A DNA stretch of 64,000 nt from a bacterium (lineage in GTDB: Bacteria > Ratteibacteria > UBA8468 > B48-G9 > DTJG01): assembly GCA_029552985.1 (NCBI GenBank), contig JAKPDB010000011.1:2833-66832 (forward strand), given 5' to 3'. Of this stretch, positions 1-9,634 are shown in pieces. Within the stretch, counting starts at the first letter, position 1; each line of letters begins with the position of its first letter. The notes below the pieces were generated by a model, which searched no databases, was not told the DNA's origin, and was given only the letters and a program-made list of their open reading frames with translations. Position numbers and translations under genes: made by a program.

Positions 1-1
1 C

Positions 2-178
2 AAATGTTTTTTTGAAAAGATGAAAAAGGAACCGAAGTTTAATGTAAGGAAAAGAAATCGTTGCTGGAGATGCGGTAGACCAAGGGGATACTTGAGAAAA
101 TTTGGCATCTGCCGTATTTGTTTCAGAGAGTTAGCATCGCAGGGAGAAATACCTGGTGTTACCAAGGCGAGCTGGTAG
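2..178 (+). CDS. rpsN: 30S ribosomal protein S14, zinc-ribbon (type Z) form; 5' end outside window
   Basis: Frame ending at TAG 176-178 reads ...[43 protein letters not shown], the CxxC..CxxC S14 C-terminus. It lies directly upstream of S8 as in spc operons. Too short for the ORF track. Confidence 0.85.
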   Translation, partial: KCFFEKMKKEPKFNVRKRNRCWRCGRPRGYLRKFGICRICFRELASQGEIPGVTKASW

Positions 179-186
179 GAGGAATA

Positions 187-579
187 ATGATGACAGACCC
201 GATTGCTGATATGTTGACGAGATTGAAGAATGCGAACATTGTTGCAAAACCATACGCTGATGTACCGTGGTCAAAACTGAAAGAAAGTATTCTCAGAGTA
301 TTAAAGGAAGAACATTATATTAAGGACTGGGAAATTATCGAGGTCAATGGTAAAAAAATTCTTCGAGTGCACCTGTTGTACTCAGGGAAAAAACCAGGGA
401 TATTAGAGGTTCGTAAATTAAGCAAGCCAGGTTGCAGAATTTATGTTTCTGCCGATGATATTGCAAGAAAAAGACAGGATTCTGGAATGGCGGTGTTGAG
501 TACCACAAGGGGAGTCATGAGCAGTCGGAAAGCAAAAGAATTAAACATTGGAGGAGAACTTTTATTTTACATATGGTAG
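187..579 (+). CDS. rpsH: 30S ribosomal protein S8
   Basis: MMTDPIADMLTRLKNA N-terminus is canonical S8. GGAGG at 178-182 precedes ATG 187. The ORF-track start at 118 overlaps S14 and is unlikely. Confidence 0.95.
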   Translation: MMTDPIADMLTRLKNANIVAKPYADVPWSKLKESILRVLKEEHYIKDWEIIEVNGKKILRVHLLYSGKKPGILEVRKLSKPGCRIYVSADDIARKRQDSGMAVLSTTRGVMSSRKAKELNIGGELLFYIW

Positions 580-588
580 GTGAATACT

Positions 589-1161
589 ATGAGCAGATTA
601 GGGAAAAAACCTATTGGAATACCTGATAATGTGAAAATATCGATGGAAGGCAGGACCTTGCTTATTGAGGGTCCAAAAGGCAGGATTACGCAGAATATTT
701 TTGATAATCTGGAAGTAATGATAGAAGATAGAAAGGTCATTGTCACTAACACCGTTTCACAGAGTCCAAAGTTCAGACGATTGTTTAAAAAAACTGATGC
801 ACTTCAAGGGTTATTGCGAACATTGATAATGAATAAAATTTTGGGTGTCACAAAGGGGTTTGAAAAGGTACTTGAAATCCACGGAACTGGATTCAAAGCA
901 GAAGTTAAAGGAAAAAAACTGATTTTAAATCTTGGGTTTACTCATCCAGTTGAAGTGGATATACCGGAACCAATTACTGTGCAGGTCGAGAAAAATACAG
1001 TGATAAAACTCAGTTCTTATGACAAAGAGCTGCTTGGGAATTTTGCTGCAACTATCAGGGATATATATCCGCCAGAACCTTACAAAGGAAAAGGAATTAG
1101 ATATGCAGGTGAATACGTCAGGCATAAGGTTGGTAAAGCTGCAGTTGGTGCTCAGAAATAA
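589..1161 (+). CDS. rplF: 50S ribosomal protein L6
   Basis: MSRLGKKPIGIPDNVKI N-terminus and two L6 repeats. The ORF opens at GTG 580, but ATG 589 matches the usual L6 start. Confidence 0.93.
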   Translation: MSRLGKKPIGIPDNVKISMEGRTLLIEGPKGRITQNIFDNLEVMIEDRKVIVTNTVSQSPKFRRLFKKTDALQGLLRTLIMNKILGVTKGFEKVLEIHGTGFKAEVKGKKLILNLGFTHPVEVDIPEPITVQVEKNTVIKLSSYDKELLGNFAATIRDIYPPEPYKGKGIRYAGEYVRHKVGKAAVGAQK

Positions 1162-1173
1162 AGGAGTTATCAT

Positions 1174-1551
1174 ATGAGGTTAGGCAGACAGGATAGAAGA
1201 AAAAAAAGACATTTGCGTGTAAGAAAGAAAATTTCAGGGAATCTTCAACGGCCACGATTAGTTGTTTACAGGAGTTTAAAACATATTTATGGTTCTCTGG
1301 TTGTTGATGATGTTCAACCAAACAAAATGCTTTTGACTGTTTCTTCTCTTGGGAAAGATTTTAAGAGTATTGCAAAACCTGATGAAAAAGGCGGAAACGT
1401 TAAGGGTGCATTTCTTGTTGGCAAACTTCTGGCGGAGCGTGCAAAATCTATGAACATAGAAACTGTTGTTTTTGACAGAGCAGGGTATAGCTACAAAGGA
1501 CGTGTAAAGTTTTTTGCTGAAGGTGCAAGACAAGGAGGGTTAAAATTTTAG
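1174..1551 (+). CDS. rplR: 50S ribosomal protein L18
   Basis: RKKRHLRVRKKISG..RPRLVVYRSLKHIY and a C-terminal FDRAGYSYKGRVKFFAEGAR motif; spc operon order. Confidence 0.95.
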   Translation: MRLGRQDRRKKRHLRVRKKISGNLQRPRLVVYRSLKHIYGSLVVDDVQPNKMLLTVSSLGKDFKSIAKPDEKGGNVKGAFLVGKLLAERAKSMNIETVVFDRAGYSYKGRVKFFAEGARQGGLKF

Positions 1552-2042
1552 CCAGTGATAATTTCATTCCGCAAAATGAACAGCAAGCCGGAGAAGAGAA
1601 GGAAATTGTTGTTGAAATCCGAAGAGTTATGAAGGTGACAAAAGGTGGCAAGCGTTTGAAGTTTCGTGCGGTTATTGTTTGTGGGAACCAGAAAGGAGAA
1701 GCAGGATTCGGAGTGGGAAAGGCATCAGAGGTTCCTGAGGCCATTCGTAAGGGTAGGGAAAAAGCATGTAGAAACAGGATTGCTATTTCCCTGAATGGTT
1801 CCACCATAGCAGCTGCTGTCGAGGCAAAATATGATGCGTCGCATGTGATTCTTAAACCAGCGTCAAAAGGACATGGACTTGTTGCGGGGAAAACAATGCG
1901 TGCTTTTCTTGAAGTGATGGGCGTAAGGGATGCTGTATGTAAAGTTATTGGCTCAACAAATACCATCAATGTTCTTAATGCAACTTACAAAGCCTTGAAA
2001 TTCCTCGAACTAAAGGAGAAAAAAGGTGTTGAAAATTCATGA
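1545..2042 (+). CDS. rpsE: 30S ribosomal protein S5; start probably a non-canonical ATT at 1545 (first ATG is 1629)
   Basis: VTKGGKRLKFRAVIVCGNQKGEAGFGVGKASEVPEAIRK is the S5 core. The conserved EKEIVVEIRRV strand is encoded in frame upstream of ATG 1629. The frame is open from 1521 with no ATG/GTG/TTG, and AAGGAGGG at 1532-1539 sits 5 nt before ATT 1545. Confidence 0.85.
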   Translation: MLASDNFIPQNEQQAGEEKEIVVEIRRVMKVTKGGKRLKFRAVIVCGNQKGEAGFGVGKASEVPEAIRKGREKACRNRIAISLNGSTIAAAVEAKYDASHVILKPASKGHGLVAGKTMRAFLEVMGVRDAVCKVIGSTNTINVLNATYKALKFLELKEKKGVENS

Positions 2043-2478
2043 TTTAAAACCGACAAAGGGAAGCAAGCACAAAAAAAAGATTGTTGGAAGAGGTCATGGT
2101 TCAGGTCACGGACAACAATCCACAAGGGGACACAAGGGACATAAATCAAGGTCAGGTTACCGTCGTGTGGGTGGCTTTGAAGGTGGACAGATGTCCTTGA
2201 TCAGACGCATTCCAAAAAGGGGTTTTAAACCTCTACCAGGAAAAATTTTTAAAGTAGTGAATATCAACCTGATCAACAGCAAGTTTAATGAAGGCGAAAT
2301 TGTTTCACCGGCGACGCTCGCTGAAAAGGGACTTCTTAAAAATAAAAATCAACTTGTGAAGATACTTGGAGAAGGCAAAATTGAAAAATCTCTTGAAGTT
2401 CATGCACATGCATTTTCAGAAAAAGCAAAGAATTTGATAGAAAAAGCAGGTGGAAAAATCGTGGTGCTTAAAAAATGA
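2026..2478 (+). CDS. rplO: 50S ribosomal protein L15
   Basis: LKPTKGSKHKKKIVGRGHGSGHGQQSTRGHKG glycine/basic N-terminus typical of L15. GTG 2026 or TTG 2029 start overlaps the S5 end. No L30 gene lies between S5 and L15. Confidence 0.92.
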   Translation: MLKIHDLKPTKGSKHKKKIVGRGHGSGHGQQSTRGHKGHKSRSGYRRVGGFEGGQMSLIRRIPKRGFKPLPGKIFKVVNINLINSKFNEGEIVSPATLAEKGLLKNKNQLVKILGEGKIEKSLEVHAHAFSEKAKNLIEKAGGKIVVLKK

Positions 2479-3785
2479 TTACAGCATTCAAAGACACATT
2501 AAAAGTTCCTGACTTGAAACGCAAGGTACTGATCGTGGTGGCATTGTTAACTGTGTACAGATTCGGTTGTTATATTCCTGTTCCTGGTATCAATGGGAAA
2601 GCGCTTGCTTCTTTTTTTGACAGGATGTCAGGGACACTTTTCGGTATTGCTGATTTGTTTGCAGGCGGTGCATTGAGCAACGCAACGATTTTTGCTCTGG
2701 GAATCATGCCGTACATCAGTGTTTCAATTATTCTTGAATTGCTAGCATCAATATTTCCATTTTTTGAGCATATGTTGAGAAGTGGCGTAGAAGGTAGAAG
2801 AAAGCTTACACAATGGACGCGTTATGGTACGGTGATCTTATGTTTATTTCAGGGGTTTGCGGTAAGTATATGGCTTGAAAATCCAGCTCATTTTGATGGC
2901 GTCGTGATGGTCAATTCTCCTGGCTGGTTGTTCAGGATTACGACAGTGTTGACCCTTACCACTGGTACAGTTTTTCTTATGTGGCTTGGTGAACAGATTA
3001 CAGAAAAAGGAATTGGAAATGGAATTTCTCTCATCATTACGGCCAGTATTCTTTCAAGAATGCCTGTTGCGGTTCATCAGACTGCTCAGCTGGTGAGTGC
3101 TGGAGAAATAAATCCCGGGCTTATTGTATTGATGCTGGGACTGATTTTTGTCGTTGTTGGCGCAGCAATCATGTTGAATGAGGGTGAAAGAAGAATCCCT
3201 ATACAGTATGCAAAAAGAGTTGTTGGCAGAAGGGTTTATGGTGGCCAGACAACGTATTTACCGATAAAGCTGAATCCAGGAGGAGTATTACCTTTGATTT
3301 TTGCTGTATCGTTTCTTACGTTTCCCTCGACAATACTTAGGTTTGCAAACAATCCGTTTTTACAAAAACTTGCCCATGTTCTCAGTCCTGTTTCGGGTCC
3401 AGGAATGGTGTTGTACGCCCTGTTGATTATTGGATTTTGTTATTTCTACGCAAGTGTCATCTTCAATCCTGAGCATGTTTCAGAAGATTTAAAGAAATAT
3501 GGTGGCTTTGTCGCTGGTATCAGACCGGGTAAAGCAACAAGTGAATACCTTGAAAGAATTCTTGGTAGATTGACGCTTCCTGGTTCTCTTATGTTAATGG
3601 TAATCGCAATTTTCCCATATATTATTATGCATATATTCAGGATTCCATATTTGATCGCAAGTATGTTTGGTGGTATCGGGCTTCTCATCGTGGTTTCTGT
3701 AATTCTTGAAACACTCAGGCAAATCGAAGCTCATCTGATCATGCGTCATTATGAGGGATTTCTCAAAAAGGCGCGAGCAAGATGA
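2475..3785 (+). CDS. secY: Preprotein translocase subunit SecY
   Basis: 436 aa, about 10 hydrophobic segments, GIMPYISVSIILELL motif; position after L15. Confidence 0.95.
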   Translation: MITAFKDTLKVPDLKRKVLIVVALLTVYRFGCYIPVPGINGKALASFFDRMSGTLFGIADLFAGGALSNATIFALGIMPYISVSIILELLASIFPFFEHMLRSGVEGRRKLTQWTRYGTVILCLFQGFAVSIWLENPAHFDGVVMVNSPGWLFRITTVLTLTTGTVFLMWLGEQITEKGIGNGISLIITASILSRMPVAVHQTAQLVSAGEINPGLIVLMLGLIFVVVGAAIMLNEGERRIPIQYAKRVVGRRVYGGQTTYLPIKLNPGGVLPLIFAVSFLTFPSTILRFANNPFLQKLAHVLSPVSGPGMVLYALLIIGFCYFYASVIFNPEHVSEDLKKYGGFVAGIRPGKATSEYLERILGRLTLPGSLMLMVIAIFPYIIMHIFRIPYLIASMFGGIGLLIVVSVILETLRQIEAHLIMRHYEGFLKKARAR

Positions 3786-4429
3786 GAAAAATTATTATTT
3801 TGTTTGGTCCCCCTGGCATAGGAAAAGGGACTATCGGTAAAAGTTTAAGTGAAAAATGGGGACTTCCTCTTATATCAATAGGAGACCTGCTTAGAGACAA
3901 CGTAAAAAAGAATACCAGCATCGGTATGAAGGCAGAGACATTTATGAAAAGGGGAGAACTTGTTCCGGATGATGTGGTACTTGATGCGCTTGTTGATAGA
4001 ATTTCTCAAGAAGACGCGTCGAAAGGATTTTTGCTGGACGGATTTCCAAGAAATTTGAATCAGGCGCAGATGTTTGAAAAAACGATTGATACAAACGATA
4101 GTGTTGTGGTGTTGCATCTTGTTGCTCCTGATCATGTTTTGATAGAACGATTATCAATGAGGAGAATATGCAAAAGTTGTGGAGCAATTTACCATCTAAA
4201 AAATATGCCTCCGAAAAAGGAAGGGATATGCGATATCTGTGGAGGAGTTCTGGTTCAAAGAGAAGATGATAAACCAGATGTTATTTCGAGGCGTCTTGAA
4301 ATTTTTCGTAGCGAAACAGAACCATTGCTTGAATATTATGACGGCAGGCATAAAATATTGACTATTTCTGCTGCTGACAATCGCGAAAATATAATAGAAA
4401 GAATTGAGGGGCTTGCACTGTGGGTGTAA
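3782..4429 (+). CDS. adk: Adenylate kinase with Cys4 zinc lid
   Basis: P-loop GPPGIGKGT, LLDGFPR motif, lid CKSCG..CDICGG; follows secY. Confidence 0.95.
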   Translation: MRKIIILFGPPGIGKGTIGKSLSEKWGLPLISIGDLLRDNVKKNTSIGMKAETFMKRGELVPDDVVLDALVDRISQEDASKGFLLDGFPRNLNQAQMFEKTIDTNDSVVVLHLVAPDHVLIERLSMRRICKSCGAIYHLKNMPPKKEGICDICGGVLVQREDDKPDVISRRLEIFRSETEPLLEYYDGRHKILTISAADNRENIIERIEGLALWV

Positions 4430-5175
4430 AAAGACCTGATGAAATAGAAAAAATCAGGGGCGCCGGAAAAGTCTGTAAGAAAATTCTGTTTGAAATTTCA
4501 AGTGTTCTACAAGCAGGTAAAACGACGTTTGAGATTGCGAAGTTCGCTGAATTGCTGATGGAAAAAGAAAAGGTAAAATCAGCATTTCTTGGATACAGGG
4601 GCTATCCTGGGGTAATCTGTATATCAATAAATGAAGAAGTAGTTCACGGAATACCGTCAAAAACAAGATATCTCAGGAACGGAGACATCGTGTCTCTTGA
4701 TGTAGGTGTAATAAAAGATGGTTATATCGGTGATTGTGCTATTACCTGTCCCGTGGGAGAGATTGATTCTGAAAAAAAGAGATTGATTGAAGTAACGAAG
4801 AAATCTCTTGAACTTGGAATATCAAAGGTAAAAGCAGGTTGCAGGACAGGAGATATAGGATGGGAAATTCAGAACTTTGTTGAAAAAGAAGGGTTCAATG
4901 TTGTGCGTGATTTTGCTGGACATGGTGTTGGAAAATATTTGCATGAAGAGCCGGATGTTCCCAATTTCGGACATCGTGGCAAAGGGTTTGAACTAAAGGA
5001 AAATATGGTAATTGCAATAGAACCCATGGTCAATATGGGCAAACCTGATTTGAAAATTTTGGCTGACGGTTGGACTGTTGTGACCATGGACGGATTGCCT
5101 TCTGCTCATTTTGAGGATACAGTGCTGGTGAAAAAAGAAGGCTTTGAGGTGTTAACAGATATTTCTGATGAATAA
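4420..5175 (+). CDS. map: Methionine aminopeptidase type I
   Basis: Metal-ligand motifs [33 protein letters not shown]; GTG start overlapping the adk end. Confidence 0.93.
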   Translation: MGVKRPDEIEKIRGAGKVCKKILFEISSVLQAGKTTFEIAKFAELLMEKEKVKSAFLGYRGYPGVICISINEEVVHGIPSKTRYLRNGDIVSLDVGVIKDGYIGDCAITCPVGEIDSEKKRLIEVTKKSLELGISKVKAGCRTGDIGWEIQNFVEKEGFNVVRDFAGHGVGKYLHEEPDVPNFGHRGKGFELKENMVIAIEPMVNMGKPDLKILADGWTVVTMDGLPSAHFEDTVLVKKEGFEVLTDISDE

Positions 5176-5386
5176 GAAACCAGACACAATCACACTTACC
5201 GGTACGATTAGCAAAGCGCTACCGGGTACAAGTTTTATTGTAGAACTGGAAAATGGAATGAAAGTCACTGCGCATCTTTGTGGGAAAATGCGTTTGCACT
5301 ATATTAAAATTATTCCTGGAGACAAGGTGATTGTAGAAATTTCTCCCTACGATATAACCAAAGGTAGAATTATCAAAAGATTATAG
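5168..5386 (+). CDS. infA: Translation initiation factor IF-1
   Basis: 72 aa S1-like fold; [49 protein letters not shown] matches IF-1. Confidence 0.95.
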   Translation: MNKKPDTITLTGTISKALPGTSFIVELENGMKVTAHLCGKMRLHYIKIIPGDKVIVEISPYDITKGRIIKRL

Positions 5387-5395
5387 GAGGTAAAT

Positions 5396-5521
5396 ATGAA
5401 GGTGCGTGCTTCAGTAAAAAAAATATGTCCTCAGTGTAAGATTATCAAAAGACGAGGAACCGTTATGGTGATATGCAAAAATCCCCAGGACGGTCCAAAA
5501 CATAAACAAAAACAGGGCTAA
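5396..5521 (+). CDS. rpmJ: 50S ribosomal protein L36
   Basis: Not in the ORF track (41 aa). Translated by hand: [46 protein letters not shown] lies 5 nt upstream. There appear to be four extra residues (QDGP) relative to the usual NPKHKQRQG tail. Confidence 0.9.
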   Translation: MKVRASVKKICPQCKIIKRRGTVMVICKNPQDGPKHKQKQG

Positions 5522-5534
5522 GGAGGGTTTTACA

Positions 5535-5951
5535 ATGGCTCGTATTCTTGGAGTTGAAATTCCGAATGAAAAAAAGGTGCTTATTGGGTTAACTTATATC
5601 TATGGTATTGGCAAGTCAATTGCTGATAGGATTATCAAAGCCACTGGGGTTAATCCTGATAAAAGGGTTAAAGATTTAACAGAGGAAGAGATTGGGAAGA
5701 TTTCGGCATTCGTTCAGCAGAATTTCAAAATTGAGGGTGATTTAAGAAGGGAACTTGGTAGTAATATCAGCAGACTTATCGAAATCAACTGTTATCGCGG
5801 GTTAAGACACAGGAGGTCATTGCCGGTTCGTGGACAGAGGACGAGAACGAATGCGAGAACCCGTAAGGGACCGAGAAAAACTGTTGGTGTGATCAGGGAT
5901 AAGGCTGCAAGGAAAGCACTGAAAACCAAAATTAGTGAGGGTGAAAGCTAA
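5535..5951 (+). CDS. rpsM: 30S ribosomal protein S13
   Basis: [24 protein letters not shown]-terminus and a basic C-terminal tail. Confidence 0.95.
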   Translation: MARILGVEIPNEKKVLIGLTYIYGIGKSIADRIIKATGVNPDKRVKDLTEEEIGKISAFVQQNFKIEGDLRRELGSNISRLIEINCYRGLRHRRSLPVRGQRTRTNARTRKGPRKTVGVIRDKAARKALKTKISEGES

Positions 5952-5974
5952 TTTCTGTTATTAAGGAGAAAAAA

Positions 5975-6376
5975 ATGGCCGAAAAGGAAAGGAAAAAATA
6001 TACAAAGAAAAAGAAGAAGCATATGAATATACCGTTTGGGGTTGCACATATCAAGGCAACTTTTAATAATACCATAATTACTATTACAGACCCTGAAGGA
6101 AGGGTTATATCATGGTCAAGTGCTGGTGTAGTGGGATTTAAAGGTACAAGAAAGGGAACACCATTTGCTGCTCAGCTCATTGCTGAAAACGTGGCAAAAA
6201 AGGTGCAGAATCTTGTAAATATGAGGGATGTTGAGGTGCGAGTTAAAGGTCCCGGGCCAGGTCGTGAAACAGCAATCAGAGCATTGCAAACCGCGGGATT
6301 GAATATTACTGCAATAAAAGACGTTACACCGATACCACATAATGGTTGTAGACCTCCTAAGAGAAGAAGGGTATAA
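5975..6376 (+). CDS. rpsK: 30S ribosomal protein S11
   Basis: [49 protein letters not shown]. Confidence 0.95.
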   Translation: MAEKERKKYTKKKKKHMNIPFGVAHIKATFNNTIITITDPEGRVISWSSAGVVGFKGTRKGTPFAAQLIAENVAKKVQNLVNMRDVEVRVKGPGPGRETAIRALQTAGLNITAIKDVTPIPHNGCRPPKRRRV

Positions 6377-6388
6377 AAAGGAGTATTT

Positions 6389-7006
6389 ATGGTAAAAATT
6401 ACTAAACCCGTATGTAAAATTTGCAGAAGGAACGGAGAAAAGTTATATCTGAAAGGTAGAAGATGTGAAAGTGATAAGTGTCCTCTTGATCCACGTAAAC
6501 AACGCAAGGGTATAGTTGCAACAAAAACATCTGAATACGGATTGCAGTTGAGAGAGAAAAACAAGGTAAAGTCTTATTATGGTGTTCTTGAAAGACAGTT
6601 TAGAAAATATTTTTCAACGGCCAAGAAAACAAAAGGTGTCACTGGCGAGGTTCTTTTGCGCCTGCTTGAATGTCGGCTGGACAATGTTGTTTACAAATTG
6701 AACTGGGCATTTTCCCGTAGAATGGCAAGGCAGGCAATATCTCACGGACACATTTTTGTAAACGGTAAAAGAGTAAATAGGTCATCATATCAGGTAAAAA
6801 TTGGTGATGAAATCAGTGTGGGCGATAACTCAAGATTTTTAGAAATTGCAAAAAATGCAAGGGAAACTGGCAGGACAACTCCTGTACCCGCATGGCTTGA
6901 GGTTTATGAAGATGAAATGAGAGCAAAGGTTGTGAGATATCCAACAAGAGAGGAAGTTAGTATACCTGTTGATGAACATCTGATCATCAACTTCTATTCA
7001 AAGTGA
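6389..7006 (+). CDS. rpsD: 30S ribosomal protein S4 (zinc-finger form)
   Basis: N-terminal CKICRR..CESDKC cluster, YGLQLREKNKVKSYYG, and an S4 RNA-binding domain (RLDNVVYKLNWAFSRRMARQAISHGHIFVNG). Confidence 0.95.
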   Translation: MVKITKPVCKICRRNGEKLYLKGRRCESDKCPLDPRKQRKGIVATKTSEYGLQLREKNKVKSYYGVLERQFRKYFSTAKKTKGVTGEVLLRLLECRLDNVVYKLNWAFSRRMARQAISHGHIFVNGKRVNRSSYQVKIGDEISVGDNSRFLEIAKNARETGRTTPVPAWLEVYEDEMRAKVVRYPTREEVSIPVDEHLIINFYSK

Positions 7007-7016
7007 GGTGGATATT

Positions 7017-7994
7017 ATGGAAGAAAAATCGATTGAATTTTTGTATCCGGCAAAAATTGCATGGGAAAAAGAGACATATAAATCTAATTATGGACAGCTA
7101 ATTGTTGAACCTCTTGAAAAAGGTTTTGGTGTGACAGTTGGAAACACCCTAAGAAGGGTTTTGCTTTCTTCTATTCCAGGGGTTGCGATTACAGGGATCA
7201 AAATTTCTGGTGTTCAACATGAATTCAGTGTTATTGAAGGTGTTAAGGAAGACACGACTCAGATTATCCTTAATCTGAAGCAAGTAATATGTAAGCCAAT
7301 TATCAAGGAATTTCCTCATAGATGTTCTGTAACAATTTCTGGGATTCCTGAATTGTGCGCAAGAGATCTCATTACTGATGGAAGTGTTGAGATTTTGAAT
7401 CCTGACCTTCATATTGCAACCCTTGATCCATCAACAAAATTGACGATTGATTTTGAAATTACTGAGGGAAGAGGGTATCTGCCTGTTGAAAAAATGAAGT
7501 TGATAAGAAGAAATATTCCAGCAGACATGATCTTGATTGATGGAATATATACACCGGTGAAGAAGGTCGCTTTCCATATTGAAAATACAAGAGTCAGGCA
7601 GCTTGTTGACTATGAAAAACTTATTCTCGACGTATGGACCAATGGTGCGATATCTCCAGCTGATGCTCTCAGCATTGCCACAGAAATTTTGAACAAGCAC
7701 TTTATGATCATCGGCACGATGCAGATGATAGGAGACCAGCTTGTGTCGGTTCCAGAAAATAGACAGGGTGATGTACTCGACACGCCAATCACTGAATTAA
7801 AACTTTCTACCAGAGTAATCAATGCACTCCAGATGCACAATATTCATACTCTGAGAGAAATTCTTGGGACACCCCGCGAGAAGTTTGAGGAAATGAAAAA
7901 TCTTGGAAAGAAGTCCCTTGAAGAGATAGAAGAACTTCTTGCAAAAAAGGGTTATAAACTAAAGAAAAATTCATCAGACACGGAGCAGTCATGA
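7017..7994 (+). CDS. rpoA: DNA-directed RNA polymerase alpha subunit
   Basis: N-terminal dimerisation domain (GVTVGNTLRRVLLSSIPG) and a C-terminal HhH domain (ELKLSTRVINALQMHNIHTLREIL). GAGGTGGA precedes ATG 7017; the ORF opens at GTG 7008. Confidence 0.93.
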   Translation: MEEKSIEFLYPAKIAWEKETYKSNYGQLIVEPLEKGFGVTVGNTLRRVLLSSIPGVAITGIKISGVQHEFSVIEGVKEDTTQIILNLKQVICKPIIKEFPHRCSVTISGIPELCARDLITDGSVEILNPDLHIATLDPSTKLTIDFEITEGRGYLPVEKMKLIRRNIPADMILIDGIYTPVKKVAFHIENTRVRQLVDYEKLILDVWTNGAISPADALSIATEILNKHFMIIGTMQMIGDQLVSVPENRQGDVLDTPITELKLSTRVINALQMHNIHTLREILGTPREKFEEMKNLGKKSLEEIEELLAKKGYKLKKNSSDTEQS

Positions 7995-8341
7995 GGCATA
8001 AGAAAGATATTCGTAAACTCGGACGGAATAAATCCCATCGTAAAAGCCTTTTGAGAAACATGGCTATCAGTTTTTTTCAGAATAAGAAGATCATGACTAC
8101 AGAAGCAAAAGCAAAGCAGTTAAGAACAGTGGTGGAAAGATTAATCACCACAGGAAAGAAGCAGGATTTAGCAAGTATTAGAAAGGTTAATTCATATCTT
8201 AATCACCCCGCCACGACAAAAATTGTGATGGACCTCGGTCAAAAGTTTAAGGAAAGGAATGGAGGTTACACAAAAATTATCAAGGTTGATAGACGTCGCG
8301 GGGATGCCAGTAAAATGGCAATAATTCAAATGGTGGAATAA
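7991..8341 (+). CDS. rplQ: 50S ribosomal protein L17
   Basis: MRHKKDIRKLGRNKSHRKSLLRNM N-terminus; follows rpoA. Confidence 0.95.
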   Translation: MRHKKDIRKLGRNKSHRKSLLRNMAISFFQNKKIMTTEAKAKQLRTVVERLITTGKKQDLASIRKVNSYLNHPATTKIVMDLGQKFKERNGGYTKIIKVDRRRGDASKMAIIQMVE

Positions 8342-8342
8342 T

Positions 8343-8558
8343 ATGAAGGACTCAACAAAAATTCTTGACAGATACGATAAGAAGGAAAATATTTATCGAC
8401 TGATACTGAAATTTTCTGAGAAAGGACACAAAATTCTTTCTGGAGGTACAGCATCTGTATCAGACGATTCGTTGAATGTGCTGGATGTGGTTCTGGAGAA
8501 TATTGAGTCCGAGAAGGAAACGGATGAATATAGAGAAACTACTGAAAAAGATGGCTGA
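8343..8558 (+). CDS. Hypothetical 71-aa acidic protein (possibly not coding)
   Basis: ORF only, with no recognisable motif. It starts 1 nt after rplQ and overlaps the likely pilT start by 35 nt. The same stretch contains a TTGACA (8365-8370), so it may instead be a pilT promoter/leader. Confidence 0.3.
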   Translation: MKDSTKILDRYDKKENIYRLILKFSEKGHKILSGGTASVSDDSLNVLDVVLENIESEKETDEYRETTEKDG

Positions 8559-9621
8559 AGTTGATGCCTCTGACCTCCACCTGAAGGCAGGAAGAAAACC
8601 CTTTTTTAGAATTAAAACTGTTCTTCAAGAATCCCTTGAAGATGAAGTATTGACCCCCCAGGAAATTGAAAATTACGCTTTTAGCATTATGAATGAGAAG
8701 CAGAAAGCATTATTTCTTGAGCAGATGGAAATGGACCTTGCCACAGAAACCCCTGAAACAGGTAGATTTCGTGTGAATATTTTTCGTCAAAGAGGATATG
8801 TGGGTATCGTCATGCGAAGAATTAAATCCATTGTACCATCATTTGAGCAACTTGGTTTACCGCCTGTACTGGCAAAAATTTCAGATTTTCCAACTGGTCT
8901 TGTTCTTGTAGCCGGGCCAACAGGATGTGGTAAATCTACCACTCTTGCATCCATGATCGAATATATTAACCAGAATAAACGGGCTCTGCACATCATGACA
9001 ATTGAAGACCCAATTGAATTTGTTTACACGGATAAAAACTGTGTCATTAATCAGCGTGAGGTGGGTCTTGATACACTGTCATTTCATGACGCATTAAAAA
9101 GGGTTTTGCGTGAAGACCCTGATATTATTTTGATAGGCGAATTACGCGATACAGAGACCTTTGAATCTGCTATTGGCGCGTGTGAAACCGGGCACCTGGT
9201 TTTTAGTACGCTTCATACAGTGGATACAGTTACCACGATTAATAGAATTCTTGATTTTTTCCCGCAGCAACAGCATGATATGGTAAGAAAAATTCTTGCT
9301 TACAACCTTCGTGCGACATGCTGTCAGAAGCTGCTACCCAGAAAGGATGGTACAGGAATGGTTCCTGTATGTGAGATTATGATAGTTACACCTATTATTT
9401 CAAGACTTATTATGGAAAACAAAATTGGTAAGATACCAAGTGCGATATCTTCAGATAAGGAAATTAGTATGCAAACATTTAATCAGCACCTTGTAAGATT
9501 GATTAGTGAAGGGAAGATTACAAGGGATACTGGTTTTGAAGCATCGCCTGCACCCAATGCTCTTGAAATGAATTTACGGGGAATATATCTTGATGAAGAT
9601 ACAAGAATTATAGGCGATTGA
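8524..9621 (+). CDS. pilT: Type IV pilus retraction ATPase PilT family
   Basis: MNIEKLLKKMAEVDASDLHL N-terminus, Walker A GPTGCGKST, Walker B ILIGELRD, His box TGHLVFSTLHT. AAGGA sits 6 nt before ATG 8524; the ORF-track start at 8476 adds an implausible MCWMWFW leader. Confidence 0.88.
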   Translation: MNIEKLLKKMAEVDASDLHLKAGRKPFFRIKTVLQESLEDEVLTPQEIENYAFSIMNEKQKALFLEQMEMDLATETPETGRFRVNIFRQRGYVGIVMRRIKSIVPSFEQLGLPPVLAKISDFPTGLVLVAGPTGCGKSTTLASMIEYINQNKRALHIMTIEDPIEFVYTDKNCVINQREVGLDTLSFHDALKRVLREDPDIILIGELRDTETFESAIGACETGHLVFSTLHTVDTVTTINRILDFFPQQQHDMVRKILAYNLRATCCQKLLPRKDGTGMVPVCEIMIVTPIISRLIMENKIGKIPSAISSDKEISMQTFNQHLVRLISEGKITRDTGFEASPAPNALEMNLRGIYLDEDTRIIGD

Positions 9622-9634
9622 GGAATAAAATAAG

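Noticed and set aside
1448-1969. 173-aa ORF on the minus strand across rplR/rpsE
   Set aside because: It lies entirely antisense to two highly conserved ribosomal protein genes, has no RBS or recognisable motif, and has a low-complexity composition typical of a shadow ORF.
6172-6564. 130-aa minus-strand ORF spanning the rpsK/rpsD junction
   Set aside because: It is antisense to two ribosomal protein genes and has no motif or RBS.
8476-8523. Upstream extension of pilT (MCWMWFWRILSPRRKR)
   Set aside because: The extension is non-homologous and Trp/Cys-rich. The canonical PilT N-terminus and an AAGGA RBS fit ATG 8524.
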